A DNA stretch of 63,865 nt, filler included, from Saprolegnia diclina VS20 (lineage: Eukaryota): NCBI RefSeq assembly GCF_000281045.1. It is 7 parts of 3 records of this genome, joined end to end, with 100 filler letters (N's around TTAATTAATTAA, not from the genome) between each part and the next. Parts side by side here need not be neighbours in the genome. Positions count along the whole stretch, not along the records: positions 19,088 to 42,101 come from NW_008246117.1; positions 42,202 to 52,764 come from NW_008246117.1; 5 more parts are not named here. One strand, written 5' to 3'. The translations under genes were made by a program, and so were the position numbers. The notes under the pieces are model-generated. The model saw nothing but the letters and a program-made list of their open reading frames with translations, was not told the DNA's origin and did no database searches. Positions 36,424 through 47,305 of the stretch are shown here, piece by piece (position 1 is the stretch's first letter; every line of letters begins with the position of its first letter).

Positions 36424-37445
36424 GGTTCGAGTGGTGCTGGAGAGGTAAAAGTTAAAGTGAGCAGCTCAGTGGCAGTCGCGCGAGCGTGGGGTCCAGAGAA
36501 CTGGCACGGTTACTGCCTGGGACTTTACACCGCGTGTCACCACGTGGCGCGCCCATCATAGTGTCCCAAGCTTGCTTCAAGAAGTGACCGAGCCTTCTCT
36601 TCTCGCCGCGATGACGACGGAATCTGGAACAGAGAACGGCCAGGACGGACCCAGACACTGGTGCACGGTCGCTCCACGTTGTTTGATCGGAGGCGAACGA
36701 CGAGGCGGCGCTGTGCAACTGCAGGCGCCGCAAGCGACGGGAGACCGCGACACCAAGAGATGTCCCAGGCGCCCTGTCGGGTTGTCGTCGATCTTCCGAC
36801 GGCGCTGCGATTGCGCGATACCAGCTGGCGGCGCAATTCGTTGAACCATCGCGCCGAGTTCAACGAATTGGCGATGATTCAAAAATGCATGGTCTCCGTC
36901 CTTCTACCGAGCGTCAAAGAGTAGCTGCATATTCCAGAAGGCGAGGATCGGCCTTGTCCCATTGGCACCCACGTCGCCACGATACACTGCAGTGCACCCG
37001 CTCGGCCCATCCAGCTTTCACGGCACACACAACGTGCTACAGGGCAACACAAAGCGCACCGATACCGGTAGTCGAGTACCAAGGAGTCTACCGTAAGAGA
37101 CGTCGAGGAGGTTGGTTATCATGTACTAACCGTGCGTTGCATGCAAGGTAAGAACGTTGCGGCGACACCGTCGCCAGAGGTGTGGTGTCGACGAGTTACT
37201 CTCGCGATACCAACGACGAACGCGCCATTACCCTTCTCGTCGGCAGCGGTACCGGTCGTACACCATTACAAGATCGCCACGTGATGGCCGCCGTGTCATA
37301 TACTGTGTGGTAGCGGAACGCTCAATGCAAAATGCAAAATTCAAAAATGGTGAAAACACAGTCAAATTGATGCGATTGCCGTTGTTATCAACACGCGCGT
37401 TGGCATGTCAGTAGTGTACAAGAAGAAATATAAAGACACAACCGC

Positions 37446-38252
37446 TTACGCAGCGACCGGCTTGGGGGCCGCGTCGTCCGCGACGACCTTGGCCTCCTCC
37501 ACCGCCGGCACGTCTTCGACCACGACCTCGGCGACCGGCGCCTCGACAGCGGCCTCCACGGCAGCAACGTCTTCAGAAACGACGACGTCCTCGACGGCGG
37601 CAGCGACTTCTTCCTCGACAGCGACAACCGCTTCGACCTCAACGGCAGCGACCTCGTCGGCAACAGCGGCGACCTCGACCTCGGCCTCGGCCTCGACGAC
37701 CGCCACTTCGGCAACCTCGGCGACTTCGGCGTCGACGACGGGTTCCTGCACCGGCGCTTCGTCGACAGCAACGACGTTGATTTCTTCGACGATCGTAATG
37801 TCCTTGGTGGCGACGTCGTCCGTAACGGCGGCAACGACAAACTGCTCGAGGCGGTCGGCGGCGTGGGCCGCGGCAGCGTCCAGAATTTCCTGGAAGCGCG
37901 CCGAACGCTCCTTGATAAGCTTTTCGTCACGCCGCTTAAAGACCGTGGCGAGGCCCGAGTCGGGGAGCGCCGGTACAGTCTCGATCACGGTCGTGAGCTC
38001 GCTGTGGAAGACCTTGAAGTCGTTGAAGCGCTTCTTGGCGACAACACCGTCGGTCTCAATGTGGTACAAGACAACGCCGTTGCCGTCGACCGACGTCGAC
38101 GAGATGACGTACGACGTCGTCGTCGTCGTCACGACAACATCGTCGCTGGCGGCATCGACAGGCGCCGAGGTCGACGGCGGCGCCACCGAGACGCTCTTGA
38201 CGGTCGCGATCTGGACGTTCTCGTCGATCGTGGAGGATTGCGTGCAGCCCAT
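37446..38252 (-). CDS. PX-domain protein, MGC start, acidic V/A/E-rich tail (copy 3)
   Basis: MGCTQSS; GVVLYHI, KKRFNDFKVFH, VPALP, KERSARFQEIL. Confidence 0.85.
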   Translation of the reverse strand: MGCTQSSTIDENVQIATVKSVSVAPPSTSAPVDAASDDVVVTTTTTSYVISSTSVDGNGVVLYHIETDGVVAKKRFNDFKVFHSELTTVIETVPALPDSGLATVFKRRDEKLIKERSARFQEILDAAAAHAADRLEQFVVAAVTDDVATKDITIVEEINVVAVDEAPVQEPVVDAEVAEVAEVAVVEAEAEVEVAAVADEVAAVEVEAVVAVEEEVAAAVEDVVVSEDVAAVEAAVEAPVAEVVVEDVPAVEEAKVVADDAAPKPVAA

Positions 38253-38886
38253 GGTAGTAGTAGTGGGGGAGTGGCGAGTTAGAAAATGAGTCGAGCGCTG
38301 TCGAGAACCAAAGATCGATAGAAGCGGGGACTGCGCTCTGCTTCTATATACACGGTGAGTAATTGACGGGTCGCAGGTGCTTGGCCAATCAAAACGCGCG
38401 TACGAGCAACATCGTTGCATGAAACGTTGAAGCGGGTCAAAAGATCGAAGGAGAGACTGCCACGTGGTGGTCCGGCCTCTCACTTCAAAAAGTAGACTAG
38501 AGGGAATGCCTTGGCGTCCTCCTCGCGACGACTTGCGCGTCCATGAACAAAGCCCATCAACGAAGCCTATATGCCCAGTGCACTCGCCTCCAACCTCGGT
38601 TTCGGCGGCAGGGAGCATCGATTTCCGCACGCGCATGGCTTGGAAGTAGAAGAATGGGTCAACGATTAACGAGGCAGTTGTGTGATGAGCATGAAGGCTG
38701 CATCTAGCAGCTCATCTAGCGATGTAGTCAAATACTGCTGTTTGGTAGTCATTGACTTCCCCCTTCGGAAGACTTTACACGCAGTGTTACACACTGCCGC
38801 GAGCTTTTTTGGGGACCAAACGGTCGTCGCCAGCCGGTGCGCGCACGAATCTTTCGTGGCGCGGCATCTCAAGATTCCAGGCGACA

Positions 38887-39366
38887 ATGGGGTGCACTTC
38901 GTCGCGAGCCGTTGACGACTTGTCCGTCGTCGCAGTGGCCGCATCCGAGACCGCTGCGGCCGGCGAGGTTGCCACGCCCGAGTTGGCTGTCACATGCAGA
39001 GACGTCACCGAGGAGGCGGCTTCCGACAAGAAGTTTGTCATCACGGGGCACAGCGTTCGAAACGATGGTGTGGTCGTCTACCATATCTCGATGCCCAACT
39101 CGCCCGATGAGATTCAACGAAGGTTCCGCGACTTCAAGCGCCTCCATGGCGAGCTCAAGGACGTCGTTCTGCAAGAAGACTGTGACGTTGCGATTCCCGA
39201 CTTGCCGTACAATGGACTGTTGACCAAGCTCCAGCGCCAGCACACGCGCGACCTAGACGAGCGAAAAGAAAAGCTGGGCGAGCTTCTCGAAGCCGCAGCG
39301 AGCCACCCTGTCACCCGCAATTCCAAGGGGTTTCAAAAGTTCATCACGCTCGACATGGCCCCGTAG
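38887..39366 (+). CDS. PX-domain protein, MGC start (copy 4)
   Basis: MGCTSSR; GVVVYHI, RRFRDFKRLH, IPDLP, DERKEKLGELL, HPVTRNS..FQKFI. Confidence 0.85.
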   Translation: MGCTSSRAVDDLSVVAVAASETAAAGEVATPELAVTCRDVTEEAASDKKFVITGHSVRNDGVVVYHISMPNSPDEIQRRFRDFKRLHGELKDVVLQEDCDVAIPDLPYNGLLTKLQRQHTRDLDERKEKLGELLEAAASHPVTRNSKGFQKFITLDMAP

Positions 39367-40764
39367 CTCTGTCGAATTCAACGATTTCGCGTAGTTTGCA
39401 GACATACACACCATATAATTTACATGACGAGTCAGTTGGCTGGAGATGGCGACGTCTTGCGTCCAGTCGGTAAACATCGCGGAAAGATGCCCACGACACG
39501 GCTTGGTATCTTCACGCACAGGAGGTAGTCGTGCATCAACGATTGTTCTGCGTGCAGTGCGAGTGCCACGTATCACGATTGGATGCCGAAATTTTGGCGC
39601 GTAAAAAACGGTCTAAAGATTACCAAGGAAGCTTGAAGTCAAGAAAGCGAGCTGCAGCTGCGTGATGGCGGAGAGGACTGAGAAGACGAAAGGTCAACGG
39701 AGCTTCGTTCGTAGGAAGGTCTGCCAGTCAAACCAAAAGACTCTTGCTGACGTCCAAACTCGGATGGCTCATTGCTGTTGAAATCGTATTGTAGACCGAT
39801 GCCACTCATCCTGAATGAAATAAACACAAATTAGTGTTTCGTTGTGATCTGTTTGGTTGTTGTTGAAATGAGTCTTTCGAATTTTACGGATTAAGGGTCC
39901 TATTTCTAGGGTCGTCCGGCCTCCAACCTAATTTCCGGTAGGCACGAATTTCCGGCATATGCCGTTTTCATCTACTTCTTCCTTGTGTTCCTTGTGGCAC
40001 TATCTGTTTGGTTGTTGGTCGTCAGTTGTAGACAGCGGTGGCTATATTACGCCTTGGTCAGCAACGATTTCTGGTGCTTCCCGTCATTTAGAAGCGACTT
40101 GATGATTGGGTGGCAATTGCCAATGAGAGTGCGCATACGGCGCGTGTCGTTCTGTGATAGCTTTCCCAACGTGTCATCGGTAAGCTGAGTCTCAAGTTGA
40201 GACTCAACTACCGGTACCCAGACGTCGTGCCCCGTTCTGGTATATGCGTCGGGGTCTTCAACAAACTTCCCGTATACTAGTACTGATATAAGCCGTAAAG
40301 AAGTAATAACGTTCTAATTCCAAAGGGATGGGAAGGTCAATGCTTTCCTTTTACTGCGACGGCTTGGGGCGCAGCGATTGCACAGACGCGAGGAGCATGC
40401 TTCCCAGGATCACGGCGAATGCCAAATACGTGCTCGTGACATCAAAAAGGCAACCTACACGCAGCGAGATGCGTTAGCACGGGTTACGACAACACGGGCG
40501 TACCGTAGGGCGGGTGTCCTGGCGCTGTGTTGCGAAAGATTGGGACGGCAATCAAGCCCGAAAAGTACACCATGGGGTTCTCCACGGGGCGTCGACCCCA
40601 AACCATCGTCATGCTACGTCTGCCGTGTCGAACCCATCGCATTTATCGAATCAATGTACCTTGCAATGTACAAAAGCGAGCCCGACACGACCCAAATACC
40701 GAGCCAGAGGACGACAATATAGCTAAAGATTATCGGGTGACGGTGCGCTTCAACGGTCACGAGC

Positions 40765-41766
40765 CTACGTATTCGACAGGTCAACATCGTCCTTGGTCGT
40801 CACTCGATATGTGGACGCACCCTGGCGGCGGTGTACGGGTGGTGAATGGCACACCAAGGGTTCTTGCTGCAGCAACAGAGTATCTATCACCGGCGTCAGG
40901 CTGACGGCAACAGTTGTACTAGTTGCTTGATACCGCCAGTTGAAGTCCGCATTCTGGTAGACCGACAGGTGTACGGGAAGATTATCCGAATGTGTGCTTG
41001 CATTCGTGGATGACGCGCCATTGGCGGCGATGTACAGTGGGGTCGAGTACCTACTCCATCGAGTCCGTTGGGTTTTGGAGGATAGGTTCGTCTCGACCGC
41101 TACCGATCCAGCGGGAACATGACGACGGAACCCGACTTGAGGCGCAGCTACGCAAACACTATGAACAAGGTCGAATCGAAGAACGCAACAAAAGCAACCT
41201 TGAGAGGAATGGGCGACCAAAGGTCGGTTGTCTCGGGGGCCAAGACTATGGCGTGGCCATCAACAAGCAGGTTGATTGTCGTCGACAGCTACCACAGACA
41301 ATGAAAGAAGAGATGACAACCATAAATGCATACCTTGCGGATCCCATTGACAGTAGTACCCACAGTACTAGGGATACTGTCGATATAAATCAGCGTGGCG
41401 AGCTCTAGAGTTCTCTCAACATAAGCAAAAACGAAGTCGCCAAAGGGTACCATTGGCATCCGTGTCGACACCTCCGAGGACGATGGACACGGAGAGAACG
41501 GACGACGGGTCCTTCGGTGATATGCCTTCATATAGCAGTGTTGCCTGGGCCTCTAATGTTGCCAATGATCGTGGTGAGATGAAGTTTCCAATGACGTCAC
41601 GGGTACGGCTCGTGTGGACGTGCAACAGAGGCAGCAAGGTTGCGAGAAGGAGCGCAAAGAGAGCTGTGAGAGGCGCCGCTCGTAGAAGCCACCGGCGGCG
41701 CGAGGTGAGGGCCGGCGGCTTGGTTTGCAGCGGCTCCAGGAACGGATGCTCCGACTCCGCGCCCAT
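40765..41766 (-). pseudogene. Degenerate gene resembling a type II membrane-anchored protein (family not recognised)
   Basis: MGAESEHPFLEP...RRRWLLRAAPLTALFALLLATLLPLL is followed by an early stop and broken downstream ORFs without clean introns. Confidence 0.3.
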
Positions 41767-42473
41767 GATCTTGCTGGAATTCCTGAAAATGCTGTCGCAA
41801 GAATTCCATTGCTCCAAAAACATGTGACAAACGCGGCACGAAGCCTAAGCTTCCTGTCACCTTCTAAACCTAGGAAACTGGTTGACTGCATGCTCTAGAA
41901 GCTGTGCTAAACGTAAAATAGTTAGGCTTACCTAGCTTGACCTTAATATCTAAAATGTAAATTTTACTTTAGCCTACGGATTAATGACAACTTGAGATTA
42001 GTTATGGCAATCGATCTGACTAATCGACGTGACCAAGCGACACAACAAAATGAGCTGGATTCGTCACGATCTTTTGGCAGCTCTTTGGCGCAGCGTACAA
42101 ANNNNNNNNNNNNNNNNNNNNNNNNNNNNNNNNNNNNNNNNNNNNTTAATTAATTAANNNNNNNNNNNNNNNNNNNNNNNNNNNNNNNNNNNNNNNNNNN
42201 NAATAATCACGTGGCCTCGGCTCAGTATAGGATGTGCATATTATGAGGTCCTCACTATGCCCCTGCTTCGAATGACGGAACTAGTAGCTTGATCGACGCA
42301 AGCATAGTACGAGTAGCTTCAACACGTGGGATTTTTGTACATCAACCAGTCAGAACCAAACAGTACACGCCTCCGATGGCGACCCTGCGACGTTGGCGGC
42401 AAACGCAAGCAAGTAGAGAAACATACAAACGCGTACTAGCATTGTCTAAGTTAGTAGAAGTAGTAGTAGTATT

Positions 42474-43007
42474 TTACTGCATCATAGCAGCAGCGACGGC
42501 TGTCATGGCAACAACCGAGAGCGTCGTGGCGGCAGCGGCCGACGGCGCCGTCGGGGCAGGCGTCGTCTTGTTGCCGGCAGCACCGGGCACCGTCGTGATC
42601 GCGGGCGCGCCCGTGGACTTGGAGCCCGACGAGTGGCTGTCGCCCGACTTCATAAGGTCGTGGCACTTGTCGTGGGCGGCGTCGAGGGCGGCGTTGGCGT
42701 TGCCAGACGTGGCGCCGACCGTCGCGACGCAGTTGGGGAGCGAGTCGATACCAGCGTGGATGTACGTCATGCAAGCCTTGTTGCCGCAGACCTTGAGAAG
42801 GTCGGCGTCCGTGATGTTGGCGATAAGCTGGAGCGGCGACTTGATCGTCGCAAGCGCGGCCGTGCAGCCGGGCTCAATCGGCGCCGTGAACCACTTGGTG
42901 ACGTTGGCGGTCTGGGCTTCCGTGCACGCGGCGGCGGGGGCATCCGTGTGGTTGCCACCGTGGGCGGCGGCGACGGCGGCAAAGGCGAGGAGGGCAGTGG
43001 TGCGCAT
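42474..43007 (-). CDS. Elicitin-like (ELL) protein, predicted GPI-anchored (copy 1)
   Basis: Signal peptide, six Cys spaced C-20-C-25-C-4-C-13-C-21-C, S/T/P-rich linker, hydrophobic C-terminus. Confidence 0.8.
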   Translation of the reverse strand: MRTTALLAFAAVAAAHGGNHTDAPAAACTEAQTANVTKWFTAPIEPGCTAALATIKSPLQLIANITDADLLKVCGNKACMTYIHAGIDSLPNCVATVGATSGNANAALDAAHDKCHDLMKSGDSHSSGSKSTGAPAITTVPGAAGNKTTPAPTAPSAAAATTLSVVAMTAVAAAMMQ

Positions 43008-43026
43008 GGTACTGAGCTCGAAGTGG

Positions 43027-43042
43027 CAAATTGAAAAGTGAG
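43027..43042 (-). promoter_or_regulatory. Oomycete Inr/FPR core promoter (similar elements at ~44399-44413 and ~46560-46574)
   Basis: CTCACTTTTCAATTTG lies ~20 nt upstream of the ATG and is conserved ahead of all three elicitin-like genes. Confidence 0.7.
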
Positions 43043-43842
43043 TGAGACCGCTGCGCGCTGCTCCGCGAAGGCGCAACACCATGTGGCGCGATTGTTGATA
43101 GCGCAGACAGACGGGGTGCGACAAGACTGTGTTCGAAGCAATCCTTGTGGGATAGGATTCGTGCACACTTGGCGTTTGTATTCGTGGCTTGTGTCGGGCT
43201 CGGAATAAACCAAGCGGCTTGGATGTAGGGTTCATGTGACCTTGCTTCGATTTGACAAGCAACCGCTGCCGCGCGGGTGTACGTACGCCGTGAATGACGT
43301 ACGACTTGTGATGTTTGTACGGTACGTTGATTGGCATTAGAATTGTGCACGTTTTGTGCTCGTCTTTCAGAATGTACGGGCAAATGTACGACTCAGTACT
43401 GTACGTACGATACGGCAGGGGGCCATGTCTAGGGCGATGTCGAGACAACCGCAAGACGATAATGGTTTCGTGTGGTTTCGTCGAGAAGGTCAGTCAGAAC
43501 GCGGTGGATGCACATCTACAGTGCTGTAGTGAAACGGTCGACAGACGTGATCCGGCACTGCCGCTTCTCGAGTGAAATCTGGTTTTCTGTCATGCAAGAC
43601 TGGTCGCCGAAGCGCTGAACCGCACTACCGCTGCTCCGCTGCTGCGATGTGCACACCCGATCCATCGACGTACGTGTGTACTGGCTGCGTACTAGCACCA
43701 CGGATGCCTGTCTACTACCGGTAATATGGAGAAATACTGTGGCGTCCTTCCATGTGCAATGTGGCTCGTTTACATTAGTAGCTCGCCAACTGAACGAAAC
43801 GTGTTCCGACAAGAAGGCGTCATTATCTGAACGTTGGACGTC

Positions 43843-44379
43843 TTACACGCAAGCGGCGACGGCCGTCACGACCACAGCAGCCATCGAAAGCTGGACCAAA
43901 GCGCCGGCCGACTTCGCAGTCGGCGTCGGCGTAGCCGTGCCGGTCGTGTTGTTGCCAGTCTTGGGCTGCGGCGACGAGGTCTGGTTGCTAGACTTGGGTT
44001 GCGGCGTCGACGTCTGGTTGCCCGTCTTGGGCGTGAGTTCGTCGCACTTGTCATGCACGACGTCGAGGGCGGCGTTGGCGTTGCCCGTCGTGCCCGAGAC
44101 GCAGTTGGGGAGCGCCTTCAAGCCAACGTGGACGTACGTCATGCAGGTTTTGCTCGCGCAAAGGGGCTTGAGCTCGGCATCCGTGTAGTTTACAAGCAGT
44201 TGCGCAGCCGACTTAATCGCCGGCAGCGCGGTCGAGCACCCAACGTCCACGGGCGCGGCAAGCCACGTCGTGACGTTGAGCGTTTGGGCTTCCGTGCACG
44301 GCGCCTTCGACGGACCATCGCCACCGTCGGCCATCGTAGAGACGAGCATAGCAAGACCGAAAAAGAGGAACGACTGCAT
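43843..44379 (-). CDS. Elicitin-like protein, predicted GPI-anchored (copy 2)
   Basis: Same six-Cys core (CTEAQT...GC...LCASKTCMTY...LPNC...HDKC), repeated PKTGNQTS linker, hydrophobic tail. Confidence 0.8.
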   Translation of the reverse strand: MQSFLFFGLAMLVSTMADGGDGPSKAPCTEAQTLNVTTWLAAPVDVGCSTALPAIKSAAQLLVNYTDAELKPLCASKTCMTYVHVGLKALPNCVSGTTGNANAALDVVHDKCDELTPKTGNQTSTPQPKSSNQTSSPQPKTGNNTTGTATPTPTAKSAGALVQLSMAAVVVTAVAACV

Positions 44380-45249
44380 GTTGAGTGAGGCTTGGAGTAA
44401 ATTGAAAAATGAGGTACGACGGTGGGCAGGCTGTCGATGCCGGCATCAGGAACGGCGCAGACCAGCAAAGATCAACGCCGGTATGATATCATTTCCCCTT
44501 CCCAACGAGCAGGTCGACGTTGGCATTGCTGATGTCCATCACCGACGCCGGTACGCTGCTGGCACGCTTCCGGCACGCTGCGCGGGTACATAGCTCATGG
44601 TTCATTGTGGTTTCGTCGATATGGTCAGTGCACGGTGGATGTGGTGCTAGTGAAACAGTCGGCAGAAAGTGATCTGACCGATCTTACGCTCTTGCGTCTG
44701 GTGCAGCCTTTGGCTTGAGCACAACAACGAAGTGTTCCGCACGACGTTGACGAACCTCCCTGCTGCCACGATCAAGGCAACTACATACCATTACGCGATT
44801 GCAAGTCCGGCACTTGGCTCGTCGCGCCGCGGTGCCATCGCTTGCAGAGTCGCTTAACGCTTTCCGCGCCGACCCTTGGTGTGCTCGCAACTTCGCTCCT
44901 CGCACAATCCCGAGCCACGACCGTGCGCCCTCCGCTTGACGCACCGGCCTTGCCTCACGAGCACATTGTAGCAAGTCCACCAATTAGATCTGAATAATGG
45001 CATGTTCATAACTCGTTTCAACAACAACAGAAGTGATCTGACATTGCCACTTCTCAAGTGGAATCTGGTTTCTGTCAAGCAAGACTGATATCATTGCACC
45101 ATAATCAGCGCACGCACCACTTGCCTTGAAGCAGCCCCCGTAGCGACCGCACCAAATAAGCAACGGCAGCATGTGGCAAGTGCATACATGTACGGACAAG
45201 CGTCGCGGCCTTGATGGCCAGTGACTCGGACGTTGTCGGGCTGCGCGAC

Positions 45250-45720
45250 GTGCGAAACACTCGATCCTTGTGTTCGAGCGAAGGCGTGTACCAGACGCAT
45301 ACGCTTAAGATAGGCCAGGATACGGCGATGGTCGATTGGTGTTGGGATATTGAGGCTAATCGCAAAGAAAGCCAACGAGCAACGCATCTGAAGGTGGCGG
45401 CGTAGTGGCGCAAGTGCGGTCCACACGGTCTCGATGTAGCTGCACTCGACGAGCAAGTGCTTGTACGACTCGACAAACTCGGTGCAAAAGAGGCAAGCGC
45501 GATCGGATGGAGCCAAGAAGTGGAGACGGCTGCGCATCGTCACCGTCCATAGAGTCACTCCGTAGACAAAGTCGTCTACTAGTATTGGGAAGCACGTTCT
45601 CGGGCAGTCGGAGAGAGCCCCGCGGGAACTTTGTCGACGTCGTAATCTTCGGGCACCTCAAGACGACGGCACGGCAGGCGTTGCCAGACCAGCGGTGACC
45701 GGAGTCACTGCCGTGAGACT
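45250..45720 (-). mobile_element. Degenerate non-LTR retrotransposon (L1/Tx1-like) ORF2 3' fragment; boundaries approximate
   Basis: zf-RVT-type motif CLFCTEFVESYKHLLVECSYIETVW (C-x2-C-x8-H-x4-C) at 45495-45421, with stops and frameshifts around it. Confidence 0.65.
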
Positions 45721-46035
45721 GTTACAGTGGTCACACCATCTAAGGGGAAGCAATTTGGCGCCCTTTTATGGGCAATGTTGCCCGTTTATCTGTTTCGAAC
45801 AGCACTTCCTAAATTTACGTGCCATCTTCATATGTGCATGCTTGCGGTTCGCGTACTCCTTCTTGATTTCCGCATAATGCTTACAAGTGGTCAAACTTTG
45901 TACACGATATTGCTTCGTTCTTACGAGCCCACTCCGCAAGGGACGGTTGCGGGAGGGTCATTTACAATAGAAACTCGCAAACTGAACGAAACGCGTTCCG
46001 ACAAGTATGTGTCATAAACCTTTACGTTGAACGTC

Positions 46036-46545
46036 TTACACGCAAGCGGCGAGGGCCGTCACGACCACAACAGCCATCGAGACTTGGACCAAAGCGCCCG
46101 CCGACTTCGCAGTCGGCACCGGCGTAGGCGTCGGCGTACCAATCGTGCTGTTGGTCGTCTTCGGCTGCGGCGACGAGGTCTGGTTGCCAGTCTTGGGCTC
46201 GAGCTCGTGGCACTTGTCATGCACGACGTCGAGGGCGGCGTTGGCGTTGCCCGTCGCGCCTGAAACGCAGTTGGGGAGCGCGTGCAAGCCAGCGTGGATG
46301 TACTTCATGCAGGTCTTGCTCGCGCAAAGCGGCGTGAGCTCGGCGTCCGTGTAGTTTACAAGCAGCTTCGCAGCCGACGTGATCACCGAAAGCGCGGTCG
46401 AGCACCCAGCGTCCACGGGCGCGGCAAGCCACGTCGTGACGTTGAGCGTTTGGGCTTCCGTACACGGCGCCTTCGACGGACCATCGCCACCGTGGGCCGC
46501 GGCAGAGGCGAGCATGGCAAGACCGAAAAAGAGGAACGACTGCAT
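46036..46545 (-). CDS. Elicitin-like protein, predicted GPI-anchored (copy 3)
   Basis: Nearly identical to copy 2, with a shorter linker. Confidence 0.8.
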   Translation of the reverse strand: MQSFLFFGLAMLASAAAHGGDGPSKAPCTEAQTLNVTTWLAAPVDAGCSTALSVITSAAKLLVNYTDAELTPLCASKTCMKYIHAGLHALPNCVSGATGNANAALDVVHDKCHELEPKTGNQTSSPQPKTTNSTIGTPTPTPVPTAKSAGALVQVSMAVVVVTALAACV

Positions 46546-47305
46546 GCTGAGCGAGGAGTAAATTGAAAAGTAAGGTACAAGACTGGTCGCTGCCACTCGC
46601 TTGGACTAGGTACCTTCGTACACAGTGACGACGCGCAAGTGCCGTCGTCGGAGAGCTCCGTCGGAGAAGCAACTCGTGGACGGAAAGTGCACCATTCGTC
46701 ACCAGCAAAGTCGTTGAAGTTGGCCAACTAACCTATGCAGTTTGAATGGATTTGTACAAGAAGGTTTCGAGTTTAGGAGCTTGAGAGTACTAATATTTCA
46801 TGGCAGAATAGTTGCTGCAGTGCCGTTTGAGAATGGCTCGACCAAACTAACTGCAGCAACAGCGTGTCTGGACGGCGGCGGGCAGACCGTCGATGCCGGC
46901 GTCAGGAACGACGCATGCCATCAAAGATCAACATTGATATGATATCACTTCTTCACATTGCGCTAGTCGACGCCGGCATTGCTGATGTCCATCATCCACT
47001 AGTTGACGCAGGCACGCTGCTGGCACGTCTCGCTCCGACGGGGCTTTTCCGAAGGCGCGTGTATGGGTGCACTCATCCATATCCAGTATTGCCCGTCTGC
47101 TTGTGGCTTTGTCTTAAGCAAGCAGCGTCGTCCGACACACGTTTTTAAACAATGCAACTCGGCAACGCAGTGACAGACGTGGATCCCATATTTCGTCTTT
47201 TTACGGTATCTTAACCGTGTTTTTGCTTTCATAGATGCAAATATACCGTATATTTACGCTACGACTGGCGTTGTGACGGTGGTTTCGGTTACACTTTTGG
47301 GTTCG

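Noticed and set aside
35203..38289. Long plus-strand ORFs 35203-36561, 35729-36448 and 37405-38289
   Set aside because: They are antisense shadows of the GC-biased, low-complexity PX genes.
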